Origin: Podarcis vaucheri
Taxonomy: Eukaryota
Direction: 5' to 3' (one strand)
Assembly (NCBI GenBank): GCA_965113315.1
Contig: OZ220375.1
Length of the DNA: 64,000 bases
Positions 37,414 through 51,366 of the stretch are shown piece after piece; the first letter of the stretch is position 1, and each line of letters begins with the position of its first letter. A program made the translations under genes and the position numbers. Under the pieces are notes generated by a model that saw only the letters and a list, made by a program, of their open reading frames with translations, was not told where the DNA came from and ran no database searches.

Positions 37414-37542
37414 GGCCACGACAACCTGTACGATGACCCGTACCAGCCTGAGATGGAGCCCCAGAGCTCATCATCAGCTGCCCGGCGCCGTGCCTACTGC
37501 CGCAACCGAGACCACTTTGCGACCATCCGTACAGCTTCTCTG
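37414..37542 (+). CDS. TAOK2: TAOK2 coding exon 12
   Basis: GHDNLYDDPYQPEM...ARRRAYCRNRDHFATIRTASL. Confidence 0.95.
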
Positions 37543-38652
37543 GTGAGTGGAAGGTGAAGTCATGTTTGGACAAAGCATTATTCCCCCCCCCCTCCACCAA
37601 ACCAAGTTCAGTCTCTTCATTGTTCATGGCCCAGCACCTTGTTTTTATGCGGAGGCTGCAGAAACTGCAGGGTTTACACAACTTCTTCCAAGTAGTAGGT
37701 TCTGCTTCCTCCTGAATCCTCATTTCTTAAGATGAGATGGGATTCTTGCTAGCTGTATAAAAAATGAGAATTCATGTCCTGCAGAAGTATTAAGGACTCA
37801 GGATGCAGCCCCCACAACCTGGCACCTTCCACATGTTTCATGCTACAACTCCCAGCAGCCCCAGAGGGTGCCAGGATGGAGGGAAATTGGCCCCAAAGTG
37901 ACCCATTTAGAAAAGGATTCCGGGGGGAAAGATTTGTCATAGACTATTAACATCTATTGTTGTTCTTAGGTACAGCTTCCTATTGTAGGAAAGGAGCAGA
38001 GGGAGAACCATGGAGACCTAGAAGTCCCACGTTCAATACTCTTGCCTTTTGGGCATTTCCCCAACACACTTTGTAACCAAGGGAGGCTAGGAATGTTCTG
38101 TTGGAAAGAAATAAAAGGAAGCTCTGTTTCTGTGTTGGGCTGCCGAAACATAAGCAATGGATTGATTCCTTAATTGATTAATAAATCTAATATATGAACA
38201 AAAAAGTAGCTCCAGAGAGCCACACCATTTTTGATTATGATGCACATGGTGCAGCAGGCACCGTCTTAGAAGGGGGAAGTCTCAGAGAGGGAGTGGGGTG
38301 CAGCTGTGTGCCAAACCTTGGAGTCTCATGGAAGAAAGAGGGGTGTCAATGTGATAAAGTAAAAATAGGGTAGTGTCTGCTACCTGCAACTTTATCAGTA
38401 CCTATAATAATTTAAAAGTTCCAGATTTAATGGTTGGTGGTTGATAAAAATGGATTAATTGACAAGATGTGGCAGGTCTAGTTCTCAGATGACAGGCTCT
38501 TGTAGGCAGGGTGTTGAGGATGGCCCAGGAAAGGGTGGTGCTGAGCTTCCCCCTTAACAGGACGCAGCTCTAATTCAGGAGTAAGCACACAAGCAGTGGG
38601 GCCTGCGAGAGTCAGGCTTGCCTAACTTTTACCTCCTGCCGCCCTTCCCCAG

Positions 38653-38889
38653 GTGACTCGCCAGATCCAGGAGCACGAGCAAGACTCAGCGCTGCGGGAC
38701 CAGATGAGCGGCTACAAGCGGATGCGGCGCCAGCACCAGAAGCAGCTGCTGGCTCTGGAGAACAAGCTCCGGGCGGAGCTGGACGAGCACCAGCTGCGGC
38801 TCGACAAGGAGCTGGAGGCCCATCGCAGCAACTTCTCTGCTGAGGCTGAGAAACTGGCCAAGAAGCACCAAGCTATATTTGAGAAGGAG
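38653..38889 (+). CDS. TAOK2: TAOK2 coding exon 13 (coiled coil)
   Basis: [32 protein letters not shown]...IFEKE. Confidence 0.96.
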
Positions 38890-39659
38890 GTGAGCGCTAG
38901 TGTGGGGTCGCCTTGCCAGAGCCAGGGAGATTCTGTTGGAGACAGGTGCGATGGCTCCAAGCGGCAGGAGGAAGGCAGAGAGCTTGTGGCCTCCCTAGTG
39001 GAGGAGCTCCCGTAGGAAAGTGGAGTTCCTCAGGCTGTTGAATAACCACATACTCAGCACTGGCTCTGGGTTTTGGGGAGCCATTGCCCAGGACAGGTGG
39101 GGTGTTCTTGCAGCAGTGAGCCTTGCTCCTTGCCACCATCATCACCAACTGCTGCTGTTGCTCCTCCTCTTCATCTTTGCTGCCACTCGCTTGACTGCCA
39201 GGCAGTGAGCCATGGAGAGCAAGTAGGCAGTGTCATTTGTGGATCCTCCTTTGCCTACAGCTGCCCCGTTGCCTGGGCCAGGCTGAGAGGCAGTAGGGAA
39301 GAGCAGGCGCAGGGGGTTCTTGTCAGCGGACCCCCTGGAACGGTGCCTAGACCCTCCGCAAATGCCTGGCCTCTTGACACTGGTCCTGCGTGTGCTGGAG
39401 GGGTGCGTTAAAAACCATCCACAATAAAAAGAGTGAAGCTCCTCCTTTTTGGTTTCCCTTTCATTCTGACCAGATTACTTGGGGTGGTCCAGGCTTGTTG
39501 CTGAGAGGGTCTCTTCTTTGGCTCCTGTTATAGCTGTGTCTCCCTTCCCTTCTGGCCACATTAGCTGTGACCTGGTAGTTCAGTGCTTTGGGATCATTTC
39601 AGTGTGCTGCTGCTGCTGCGGGGATCGGTTTTCCTCTTAAAAGCAGATACTTTTGCTTA

Positions 39660-39797
39660 TGGGGAAGGGCCATAGATCAGAAGGTCCCAGGTTCAATCCT
39701 TGGTCGAGACCCCTTCCTGAAATCCCAGAGAGCCAGTGTAGACAATACTGAGGTAGATGGACCAATGGTCTTGACTCAGTCCAAGGCAGCTTCTTAA
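39660..39797 (+). mobile_element. tRNA-derived SINE fragment with CR1-like tail
   Basis: aaggtcccaggttcaatcc...gccagtgtagacaatactgaggtagatggaccaatggtc...aaggcagcttc; related copies at ~50190-50370 (-) and ~60200-60367 (+). Confidence 0.55.
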
Positions 39798-40178
39798 GCT
39801 CCTGTGTTGGTATTAGAGGACATCCAGCTTTGACAATAGCCAGGCCTGAATGCCCTGCTCCCCTCCCTCTACCCAAACACATTAAAAATGGTGAGTTGAA
39901 AACCATGCTAACAGTGCAAATTTGCCTATTTCTGCTAGACATAGGCAGGCTCTTTGAGACTCCAACTCAGTTTCCCACTCTGGCTTTGGACGTTCTGCCA
40001 GTTTGCCCACATCCCCAAACTGGCAATTCCCTTTTCTTTCTCCCACACTTAAAATACTTTCCTGTGCTTGCATGGAGTTACGCTACTACACACGCAGCCA
40101 TGAGCGTGGCCAAACTGTCTTCATTCTTCCTTTGTGGGTGAATTTCCTTTCTTTCTCTCTCACCCATCCCCTGTACAG

Positions 40179-40307
40179 GCAAAGGCAGCCCTGGCTGAGG
40201 AGAAGAAGTTTCAGCAACATATCTTGGGCCAGCAGAAAAAGGAGTTGGGCAACTTGCTGGAGTCGCAGAAGCGGCAGTATAAGCTACGCAAGGAGCAACT
40301 TAAAGAG
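40179..40307 (+). CDS. TAOK2: TAOK2 coding exon 14
   Basis: [23 protein letters not shown]...KLRKEQLKE. Confidence 0.96.
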
Positions 40308-41783
40308 GTACCTGCTTTTAAGAGGAGCAAAGCAGGCAGGGGGGGAGGGGGAGGGGTCACACTAGCTTGGCAGCCTCCTTTTGGAAAGTTCCTGGTCTCT
40401 CATCCCGGCCTCTGTGTTTTCCCCCCTTGTGCTGTCTTCCGATTCCATCTGTAACTGGGAATCCTGTGATGGATGGGTGAGGGATGTGCGGCCTCTGAAT
40501 CTGACACTGCTAAGTTCTGGTTCAGTCTGTGGTACTACCGCCTGATAATTCAGTGACCTGAAATTAGAGTCCTTGAAGGAGCTTATTCAGGAGTCAATCG
40601 TACAGTCTTTAGGGGGGATGCATATAAAATATAAATTTTAAAACGTCAGGGGCATCACATACCCCGCCCTGCGGCAGGGAATATTCAAGAGTTGCCTCAA
40701 TGCTGAAAATTCTCGTAGTTCCCTGCAAGCCATGGCCGACTTCCTGCTTGTGAAGAGTGAGCTAGTGCTCTAGAGCTGTTTCCTTGAGACTGAATGAGCG
40801 GCTCTTCTCTCTCTTTGGTGGGCAGAAGCCCACCATGGGAAATGTTTGGCAGAGGCTGGACTTCCGGCAGTGCCTGCACTCCTCATTCAGTGAGAACAAG
40901 AGGAATGAATGATCCGCTCAAATGAAGGAGCAGTTAGAGAAAGTTTAGCAACAAGTGTATTCTGTGGAAGTTCCTTTGGGACTCTGCAGCTGGTCTGCAC
41001 CCTCACTCTCCAGCCAGCTGCACTCAGATGTTCTTTACCCAGTTTTATGCCCGGGTGTAGGGCAGTAGTGGGGAACCTCTGGCCTGTGGGCTACATCAAG
41101 CCTGGCTGGAGGCCTTAGCTGGCCCATAATGCCATTCTTCCTAAACCACAGCCACCTGGCCCACATTTGATGTCAGGTATTGGGCAGGTAAAGATGTGGC
41201 TGCAAAGATACAACCAAGAGCCCTAAAATGCTCTTCTGGTTGTTCCTTGGCTCACATCCAGTAATTCCAAATTTGGCCCATCCTTGCCAGAAGTGAGCAT
41301 TGCAATTGGCACCAACCAACACTGATTTGAACATCCATCAGTTGTGCTCTGGAGTTCCTGGTCAGGAGCCACCAAGCGCAGCTGATCCTTGCCCAAACAG
41401 AGGGTTGCAACCAGGACCAATCAGTTGACCAGCACTGACTGCAACCCGTGCTGGGATTGGCTGAAGGGATCTTCCTTTGCAGCCCAGCTTGAGGAACGTA
41501 GATCTTCTGCACTGATGGCTTGAATCCCAGCCTGGGCTGCCAAAGAGTTCAGGAAAGAAACAGGAGCACGCTTAGAATGCACCCCGCTTTCTTTGTAGCT
41601 AGGTCACCATGGTGACATCAGGTGATTGACAGGTGGGTGGACCCATCAAGGTGGCCCACGGTGGGAGAGCCCAAGCTCCTTTCCGCCTGCCAGATCCTCT
41701 TCTCCGCCCATGCTGTGTAGGAGGAGATACTATCATCCTTCATTGTGTCCCATTTCTCATGACTTTTTGTTTTCCTCTCTCAG

Positions 41784-41987
41784 GAGCTGCAGGAGAATCA
41801 GAGCACACCCAAGCGGGAGAAGCAGGAGTGGCTGCTGAGGCAGAAGGAGAACATGCAGCACTACCAAGCAGAGGAAGAGGCCAACCTTCTGCGCCGCCAG
41901 CGGCAGTACTTTGAGCTGCAGTGCCGCCAGTACAAGCGCAAGATGCTGCTGGCCCGCCACAACTTGGACCAGGACCTGTTGCGAGAG
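41784..41987 (+). CDS. TAOK2: TAOK2 coding exon 15
   Basis: [22 protein letters not shown]...[12 protein letters not shown]. Confidence 0.96.
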
Positions 41988-42229
41988 GTGAGAGCCTGGC
42001 GTTGGCTGTGGGGAAGGGATGGTTTCACGGGAGGGCCAGGGCTTCATGAGGGGTTGTTTTGGTGAGGAGGTGTCACCACTACTGTCCCAGAAGGACAGAC
42101 CTTGCCAGGGGGTGTCTGGGTATCTGCCCCAGGGAGCCAGCAAGTACGATGCAGCAGGATGTGGAGCAGCACAAGAACAGGAGCTAATCATATTTGTGCC
42201 CCAGCCACTCTGGGCAGCTGCCAACACAA

Positions 42230-42472
42230 TAAAACAGGGCTGCCTTCAGGTGTCTTCTACAAGTTGTGTAGTTCTTTATCTTGACATCTGATGGGAGGGT
42301 GTTTCACAGACAGGGTGCTACTGGCGAGAAGGCCTTCTGTCTGTTACCCAGTAACTTCTCTTCTTGCAACGAGGGCACTGCCAGAAGGCCCTCGGAACTA
42401 GATCTCAGTGTCTGGGCTGAACGATGGGGGCAGAGACTCTCCTTCTGGTATACAGGGCCGAGCCCGTTTAGC
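42230..42472 (-). mobile_element. L2-type LINE fragment
   Basis: gggctgccttcaggtgtcttct...gatgggagggtgtttcacag...gagaaggccttctg...gccagaaggccctcgga...gatctcagtgtctgggctgaacgatgggg typical lizard L2 3' region; ends approximate. Confidence 0.65.
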
Positions 42473-43022
42473 TCTAATGCATTTGTGGCCGCTGGCCACC
42501 TCTGCTTAAATATGGTGTCAGCAAGTTGATCTCTTCTCCGAAACAATGAATTCTGCAGTGAAGCAATACAAATTCTATGTGTGCACATGCAAAATTCTGC
42601 AAAACCTTCACAAACCTCATTATATAAACTGTTATAAACTATTTCCTTGATTTGCTGAGCATCTCCTTTTTATACTAGTCATAGAGCCTAACCACCAACA
42701 CCTGCATTCCAGCATCATCTGGAAGCTTTGCTAGAAAATAGTGTTCTTTAAAATAGAGGAGAGCTGGGTGTTGCTCAAGATGCTGGCTTTTGCCTCCAGT
42801 CCCAAATTCTGTATTTTGATAGGCTTGGAGGGAGAGTGCTTGCAGCCCTTGACATTAGAGCAAGGGGGAATGAGACAATTGTTATTCTCGGGCCCTTGGG
42901 AGAAGAATGGAAACCTGGATGTAAGAAAGAATGCTGACCCTTTTAAGAGCCTTGATGCCAGGAAGAAGCGAGTCTCCATTGGAGGTGCAGTTCTAACGCC
43001 TTTCCCTTGCTTCCTCCCTCAG

Positions 43023-45161
43023 GAGCTGAACAAAAAGCAGACCCAGAAGGACTTGGAGTGCGCCATGCTTCTGCGCCAGCACGAATCCACGCAGGAGCTG
43101 GAGTTCCGGCACCTGCACACCGTCCAGCGCACCCGCACGGAGCTCACCCGCCTGCAGCACCAAACCGAGCTCTCCAACCAGCTGGAGTACAACAAGCGCC
43201 GGGAGCAGGAGCTGCGCCAGAAACACGCCATGGAGGTCCGGCAGCAGCCTAAGAGCCTCAAAGTAGGTGCTACCTACACCCCGCCTTGCTGCCAGTGGTG
43301 CCCTGACGGGCAGGATGCAAGGGGTCTGGAGCCAGGGCAGGGGCACCCAGGGGTTGTGGAAATGGACACAAATGAGGACGGAAGTCTAGAGCCCTTGCAG
43401 GACCACTTGTGTGGGCCTAGTCCCTGTGACTGTTCAGCCAGGGTTCAGAAATGCCCGGCAGATGCAGAATCTAAATGCGCACACTTTGCGCCACTAGACT
43501 CAAGAGGATGTGAATCGGCTGTTTCGGAGTCTGGTAGCCCTTGTCATGATGATCTAGGCCGATGCAAACCTATTGGAGAGGTTCTGGAGCCAACTCAGGG
43601 TGTTGTTGTAGACACAGGAATAAAATGTCCCAACCTTTTAGGGAAGTGTAGCCATGAAATGGGGGTTCTGGAGCCAGAGCTAGACTGCCATGGGCATGTG
43701 GTTTTAGAGTATGGCCTGGAGGAGGAGGAGGATCTAGAACTGGATGCAGTGCGTATTGGGGGTCTTGTACAGGACTGGTCGCCAAAGGGGGTTGGAGAGC
43801 TGGGTGAGCAGGGTTTGGAGGCCTTGGTGCCTGAATCAAAGTGTTCTGGGGACGTAAAGCCTGATTGGCAATGCCTGGCAAGCGAAATTCCAGATGGGCA
43901 GGAAGCTGCTGCTTTAGAGCAGAGACAGGGGTGCCTTTGGCTCAATGGGAAGGACGAGGAAGTCCTAGATCTAGACAGAAAAGAAGGTTGGATTCCAGAT
44001 TTCGGTGAAACAAGCTTGAAACAGCAAGAACACTGTGGAGAGGGAGTTGCTGATCTAGAAGTAAGCCAGAGGTTTTTTGGAGTGCGGGATCACTTTGGAG
44101 AGGGCTCTGGGGTTCTGTTGTCCGTTCGGGGGCGGCCAGGCGTTCCAGAGCCTGATGGGCAAGAGGCTGATAAGCTGGATCCATTCACATGTGAAGGCAA
44201 TTTATACTCTCACGCCTTACCCACTGTCCTCGAAGAGGGGGCCCTGCGAGGCCCAGGAGATGGCTGCCCAGCCCCTGAAGACCCCTACAGCCAGCAGGCC
44301 AGCAGCAAAGCCCACCCCGTCCCACCTCCCGTGGCAGCCATGCTGCCCCATGCTCTCTGCGTGGTCTTGGCACTGTTAGTCTCTGCCTACCCATGTGCGC
44401 CAACTCTCTTGCTGCTCCTCGCGGCACTGTGGGCGCAGGGTGGCGGGTTTCAGGATATCCTCCTGGCCCTTGAAGGGGCTCTAGTGGGCCTGGGGGTTAC
44501 GTACACCTTGTTGCACTCTGTCTTCCTCCTTTCCGGAGCGTCCTTTCTCCTCCTGGCCAAGATGGCGGGGGCAGTGGGTGTGGTGGGGCTGAGTGCCAGT
44601 AGGGAGCGCCTGTACGTTCCTGTCATCCTCCTGGCTTCCTACCTGTTGGCTTCTCCCTGGCTGTTCCTGCCCCTTTACCTCTTGGGGGCACTCGCACGGC
44701 ACAGCCTGAGGGGATTCCCCCGCCGAGCCCGCCGCTTCTGGCTCCTGGCCCTGCTCCGTCTCCCACGCCCGGCTTTCCGCATCCTCCAGCGCCTGGGGCT
44801 GGTCACTGAGCAGGGGCTGTTCCGCCTCTTCCCCAAAACCAACAAAGGCGGCTTCCGCAGCCGCATCCCGGTGCTGTCCCGCCAGCGCCAGCCGTCCCTG
44901 CCCTGGCACCGCAAGGCCGCGGCCCTTCTTGCCAAGCCGATTTACAGCATCAACAAGATCCTCACGGAGGTGATTTGTGCTCAGCTGCCTCCTTCGGCCC
45001 TGCATTGCCTCAAGGGGCTGCATGTCTTGCGAGAGGAAAGGCCTTCCCGTATCCCCCGCCTGACAGCCAGGCCCCGGGGGCATTCTGTAGGGTCAGGGAG
45101 GCGCATTAGTAGGAGGAGAAGTGTGCAAGGAAGACAGCCTGCCAGGAGACCCTGGAGATGA
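43023..45161 (+). CDS. TAOK2: TAOK2 alpha-isoform terminal exon (first 240 nt, 43023-43262, shared with beta; read-through adds acidic linker, hydrophobic TM region and basic tail)
   Basis: [21 protein letters not shown]...QQPKSLK then read-through of donor AAA|GTAGGT; [39 protein letters not shown], ...PWR* match TAOK2-alpha; spliced total 1349 aa. Confidence 0.93.
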   Translation, partial: ELNKKQTQKDLECAMLLRQHESTQELEFRHLHTVQRTRTELTRLQHQTELSNQLEYNKRREQELRQKHAMEVRQQPKSLKVGATYTPPCCQWCPDGQDARGLEPGQGHPGVVEMDTNEDGSLEPLQDHLCGPSPCDCSARVQKCPADAESKCAHFAPLDSRGCESAVSESGSPCHDDLGRCKPIGEVLEPTQGVVVDTGIKCPNLLGKCSHEMGVLEPELDCHGHVVLEYGLEEEEDLELDAVRIGGLVQDWSPKGVGELGEQGLEALVPESKCSGDVKPDWQCLASEIPDGQEAAALEQRQGCLWLNGKDEEVLDLDRKEGWIPDFGETSLKQQEHCGEGVADLEVSQRFFGVRDHFGEGSGVLLSVRGRPGVPEPDGQEADKLDPFTCEGNLYSHALPTVLEEGALRGPGDGCPAPEDPYSQQASSKAHPVPPPVAAMLPHALCVVLALLVSAYPCAPTLLLLLAALWAQGGGFQDILLALEGALVGLGVTYTLLHSVFLLSGASFLLLAKMAGAVGVVGLSASRERLYVPVILLASYLLASPWLFLPLYLLGALARHSLRGFPRRARRFWLLALLRLPRPAFRILQRLGLVTEQGLFRLFPKTNKGGFRSRIPVLSRQRQPSLPWHRKAAALLAKPIYSINKILTEVICAQLPPSALHCLKGLHVLREERPSRIPRLTARPRGHSVGSGRRISRRRSVQGRQPARRPWR

Positions 45162-48055
45162 GGAGCCCTTGGAGGGCTCCACATCCTGTTCTAAAACGGT
45201 GAAACAGTCCATTCCAGTGGGACTCTGGCATCCTGGTCCTCTGGTCTCGCACACAGAATTCTGGGAGGTTGGCCAGTCTCTGGACTTATAGATCAGGCAG
45301 AGCAAGCGACAGTATTTACGCTGAAAACCTACTACTTTCCATCCAGTGTTGTGGTATTGGTATATAGAACCCAACAGCAAGGGGAGAGAATTCAATGTCT
45401 TAAGGCCAGGGATCCCTCTGAGCCTTTGATAAAAGGAGTTTTGAAGTTGCGGGAGGACCAGAAGTTTGTTCTAGCTCCTTATTGGTTTACACAATGGGGG
45501 TGGGGCGGAGCGTTGTTGAGTGTTCATTACCCTAACGAGGAAAGAATCACCTGATGACGCCCTTTTGAGCTGGCTGTGTTTGGGTGGGTTGGGTATTTTT
45601 TGGCTCCCGTTCCAGCCGGCTGGGAGAAGATGTGGAGATGTGGGTTAAGCTGAAGAGATTTCCAAGCCCCTTAGAACTGAGGTGTGAGGTGTGAGGTGCA
45701 TGTGTGCTAGTGTCTGAGTTCGAAAGGTCCTGTTCAATGTTCCCCAATGAAAAGAGGAGTTTGCTAAGGGGGCAGGGGCTGCAGTTTGCAGAATACTCCA
45801 CTCTTGCAACCATTTTCCAGTAACCTCTTTTTTAAAAGTCCAGGCACTCTTGTTTCCATCTTTAACCTACTTTGAGCAATGAGGGGATAAGTACGGTCCT
45901 CCATTTCCTTCAAACATAGAACCCCCAAAGAAGGTAGCGGGTTCTGGGGCTGAATATACAGTCATCAAAATAAATAGGCTTCTGTTCATTATCAGCTCCT
46001 TAAATGGTCAGGATCCATATCACCTTAAATTTTATCATTCTCCCTCCCTCTCCCCCACTGAACCTTGTTTCAATCAATCTGGAAACTTACAAACCTAAAG
46101 GGGTGTACATGTTTCAAGAAATCAGACTCCTACCAGCTCCTAAGGGCTTAACTAATTTTAGGTGATTCTTTCGCCGTTAATATATATATTTCCACCGTTC
46201 TACAAATATATATATATTTATCATTTTCCACCCTAATTGTAACAACCTCCCTTCACTTCATTTTTTTTTTTACTTGAATGTACATATTTCAAGCTGACTT
46301 TTAATTTTATGTTTGTGTATGTATGTGAATTTTTTTTTTTGCTAAGTTTTATATAAAACCAGTTTTTGTGGGGAGGGACAAAGAGCTAATGTGAGATTTT
46401 TTTTATAAAAAAATGACTGAAAACGGGAGAATATTTTTTTTTAATCCAACTTATTGCTACAGGTTTTTCATTTGAAAGCACAATGGGCCAATCAAGCAGT
46501 TCTCACTCTCTTTCTCTCTTGCCCTTATAAAAGAAATCTTCAAATACCACAAGCCAGGACTTTGAAGTAATGGTTAGGGTTTTAACCAGTTTGCTTTAGT
46601 GGACCTATGTAAGAATGGAAAAGTTAAGTTTGCCATTGAGCACCTCCCCAAATGCTGAGATGGTTGGTAGTTTTTCAGGTGGTGAACCAACCTTTTTGTT
46701 GGCTCCTTGCAGCTTGTTGAAGCCCAGGGACCATTCCAGGGATAGCAGTGCCTCAAGCTCTCCTCTTTCCCAGGGAGCCAACTATTCCACCTTTCCTACT
46801 CCAGGATCTGAATGCCCTCATTACTCTGGGATCTCTGTCCTCAGTCACCCCCAGCTTGAGCTGTGGCAATGGCATCAGAGTGCCTGGCCCTTTCACACCT
46901 GGATGAGATGCTTGCCTTTTGTAACACAAGTAACAACCGTGTTGAAGGATTTCTGGGTAATGCAGAAGCTCCCGTAGTCCTGCAGTGATTTACTTGTGTC
47001 ATTTAAAAAAAAAGATTACCTTGCCTATTTTAACTCTCTATCCCAGCCCTTACCATGCCTTGTGCCCACCAGATGTTTTGGACTACAACTCCAGGCCATG
47101 CTGGCTGGGCTGATGGGCCCTAAACATCTGGAGAGCACAAAGGTGGGAAAGGATGCTCTAATCAGGTAACCACCCAGACGCTACAATATCTCAATCAAGT
47201 TCGTATATGAAGAGCGCTGCTGATAGACGTGGTTTCTTTGTTTTTGGAAACAAAACCTGACTTATTTAAAAGTTGATCTTTGGCAGCCAAATAGGCACTA
47301 AATTAACATTTTTTTAAAAAGCCAAACTGGGGTGGTTGAGCTTGAATATCTTTAGAGAGTAATCCTGAACACACCAAATCTGAGAGTAAATCCCATTTTT
47401 GTCACTTGTTTTTACAGCTAGTAAATTTAGATTCCCAGACAAAGCAAGGATTTTTCACATTCCCATGACACGCCAACCGTGTTTTATGCTGTTAAATCAT
47501 TTTGTAACTAACAGCCTACACTTCTGGTTTAATTGGTGCCTCATTTTTAAATTGTTTCCTTCGTGCATTTTTACATTCCCCCCCCCCAGCTTGTGGTCTG
47601 ATTCTGTTACTACAGCCTTTAAAGAAACAAAAAACCCCAAGTTGAGATTATCCCCAACTTAATTCTGCATTTATCTATCTAATTTTGGTCCCATTTTATA
47701 CATCAAGTGCTTGTCCCGTGTTTCTCCCTTTTTTGGTTCATCTGTGGTCTCTTTTTATTTATTTCCTATTTTGTTCAAATCATGGATTTATTTTTTAGCA
47801 TTCCTCCATTTTTTGGCCAAACTTATTTTCATTGATCCAGATTCTGTTTTGTCCATTTTAATAGTGTACTTGTATTTCTTCCTATTTTGTGTGTGTGCGT
47901 TTGAGCTGTGGTTTCCCACTTATCCTCCTTGCATTTTTTTTCTCTGTTAAATATTTTTTATTTATTTCTCCCATTTTGTGCGGGGAAGGTATTCATCTGT
48001 GGTTTATTTATTTCTCCCTTCCCTGTTGTGGATGCATGTGAAACTTTGAAGGAAA

Positions 48056-48061
48056 AATAAA
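48056..48061 (+). terminator. TAOK2: Likely poly(A) signal of TAOK2-alpha (3' UTR ~2.9 kb)
   Basis: AATAAA after long U-rich UTR-like tract (47700-48050), followed by GT-rich sequence (48090-48120). Confidence 0.55.
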
Positions 48062-50426
48062 AAGAATTCTGCACCACACTTCACCACCTCTGTATTGTGA
48101 GTTTTGAGTTTGGTTTTATTTATTTCTCAATTTTTTTAAAAATAAAATGAGGCACTTTGAGCTTAGGAGCTGGGCTACGAGTCTGTTTTCACACCTCTGT
48201 TGCCCCCAAACACCTTGTATTTAAGCTTTCCTCTCCCTGAAATTTTGCACTGTATGTTTGTAAAAGTTTGGAGTATTATTCAAACCTGAATCGGAGGGGA
48301 TCTATGCATTTCCTCTCTGCACCCCAATATTACCTTTGTTTCTCATTAACTCTGAGAAGCTGTAACTGTCCATAACTTTCTACACTCAGGGGCGGTGGGA
48401 ATGTTCCTGAAATTATTTAGAATACCCAAGGAGAAAGGGAGGGGAGGAATGAATCTGGTCAATTTTATTAGCCTGCCTGTTTTACATCATTTCCATTTGC
48501 TGCTATATGTTCTAAAGTGGAACTGCAACCTTTGAGGGCCGTGCCCCACACTCCTGCAACCCCCACCGCCCGAAATGAACAACAGCCCAATCAGCTTGGT
48601 AGCTAATGCACTTGTTTCTAAGGGACATTGGGAAGCAATACATTTGAGTCATGGAAATGTGCATCTGGGTGAGGCAGCTGCCTCAGGCAATCAGTTTTTG
48701 GGTGCCATTTGGGAGGTTGCTTTGGGAGGCTTCTTTATGCATGTAGTACAACCCTCTGCGAACATCTCTGTGAGGATCACTCTAGAATTCCTCCTGGTGG
48801 TTTATGCCCTGTGTGAATACATGGGGGGGGGGGGCGGCTTGACTTGTGCCAGCCTTTATTCTCTGCAATCCGGAGTACCGCAGAATAATTGCACACACAG
48901 CTTCCAAGCAAAAATAACACATGTGGGCTCCAAAATAAACACAGACCCACATTGAGGTGGGTTCCCGCTGCATCATATGATAAAGGTCACCTCTCCCAGA
49001 GGCCAGCCATGGCAGTGACAAAAGTGTGTGTGTTCCTCCTGCCTTACATTAGTCTCAGTTCAAAAAGCACCCTTCTGCTTAATCTTTAAGCATCTTCCTC
49101 CCTGACCTCCCGGCTGTGAGGCTCAGTTTTCCTTCTGAGGCACAAGAGTTTCCTCCCCATGACACCACTGTCTTCCCATTCCTGGCGCCCATGTAAGGCG
49201 CTCGCCCTCATTCATCCCATTCATAACACAAGGGACTTTGGTATTGGCTCTCTGTGTTTGATGATAACATTTTTGTAGACCACCTCCCAACAAGGAGGTG
49301 GCACAGAAATAGAAACTCAACTTTGCCTTCTCCTAACCTCTGACTTCTAACTGGGAAGTTTTAAATGTTTGTGGTGCACCCCATACACTCTCTCCAGCCC
49401 CAGTGCATTCCTTAAAGAACCTGAACACTACTTAGATAAGGAGGGGGCAGAGAAGAGGTATCTTTTTCAAAGGGGTGGCAAGGTTTGAGCCCTCCCCACT
49501 CACTAACCCAAATGGGATCAACCGGAAGGCGTCCCAATGAGAGTCTCGGATAAAGGACGGCTCTGAAACGTGTCGCCTGGTGTACAGTGACCATTCAGTA
49601 AAACAAATGCTGGAGACAAAAATGGATTTTGAACGATTTAAAATATATATATACCTTGCCTTTCAGTTAAACACTAATTTGGTTGCTGGCCTTACCTTGT
49701 GTGGAGTGTGTTTGTGTCTTTTTAGCACTGGACTGGGCTACTTGGGGGCTCAGAAGGCTCAGCCTGTTTCCTAGTGTTTCCCACAGGGGAAAATACACAC
49801 AAAATACACACATGCACACACACTCTCTGAGTTACACCCCTTCCTTACTTTGTGTGAACAGCAGCAGAGGCTCAGCTAAAAAAGTTCTCCCCCTGAGCAT
49901 CTCGGTTGTGGGTGTGAGCCCAAGACGCAAGCAGCTAGGACCTTGAAGAGCGGAAGGGGAGAATTCGAACTTAGCCAATATTTGATCCTACTTGGGGGTG
50001 GAGTGGGGGGTTGAAAAGTCCTTTTGCCACTGTTGGAGCTCATACTAGAACAGGAGTAGTGAACAGAGCCAAGACTGCTGGCCCTTCAGCCAACTCTCAG
50101 CATGGTCCTACTTGGACATTAGTTGCACCAGGACTGCTGCTTTGTCATAATCACCTATACTTCCCCATATATCCTGCCTTTCTCCTATAACGAATATATG
50201 AAGCTGCCCGATTCCAAGTGAGGCTGCTGGTCTGCCCAGCTGAGTGCTGCATATTCTTGGCTGGTATACTCTGGACTCTGCAGGCTTGGGTCTAGTGCAT
50301 CCTCACCATATAGATCCTTTAACTGGAGATGCCAGAGATTTTGAACCTGGGACATTCTGCACTCTAGGAAACACGTCACATTTAAGTGGCTTTGCCTTTG
50401 GCGGGAATTGTCGCTTGGTTAAATGA

Positions 50427-50945
<519 letters not shown>

Positions 50946-51129
50946 TGACCCCTTTCTCCGTCAGCGAGGGGAGAGTTGTGTTCTCGTTATGCTCTTAAAA
51001 ATCAAGCAGCAAAACTTGAGTTTTGTGCCCTTCCAGTGAGAGTATCCCCCATGCTTGTTCCCTTCATTCCAATCTGTGAGAGTATTTTGCAAATAGAGCC
51101 CTTCTGGGTGAATTAACTTGTTTCATCTA

Positions 51130-51366
51130 CAGTGGTACCTTGGTTCTTGAACTTAATCCGGGAGTCCGTTTGACTCACGAAACCATTCAAAAACCAAGGC
51201 GCGGCTTCCAGTTGGCTGCAGGAACTTCCTGCACTCAAGCGGAAGCCACGTCGTATGTTCGGCTTCCGAAAAACGTTCACAAACTAGAACACTTGCTTCC
51301 GGGTTTGCGGTGTTCAGGAGCCGATTTGTTCAGCAACTAAGCCGTTTGGGAACCAAGGTTTGACTG
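51130..51366. mobile_element. Tc1/mariner (Tigger/pogo-like) MITE
   Basis: TA-flanked; termini CAGTGGTACCTTGGTTC / GAACCAAGGTTTGACTG. Confidence 0.75.

Noticed and set aside
42741-43022. N-terminal 94 aa of the 806-aa ORF as coding
   Set aside because: Intronic open frame upstream of the acceptor at 43022; TAOK2 homology begins at ELNKKQ
49505-49600. CpG-rich intronic patch as a cryptic exon or ncRNA
   Set aside because: No convincing splice sites or recognisable RNA motif; cannot be supported without alignment
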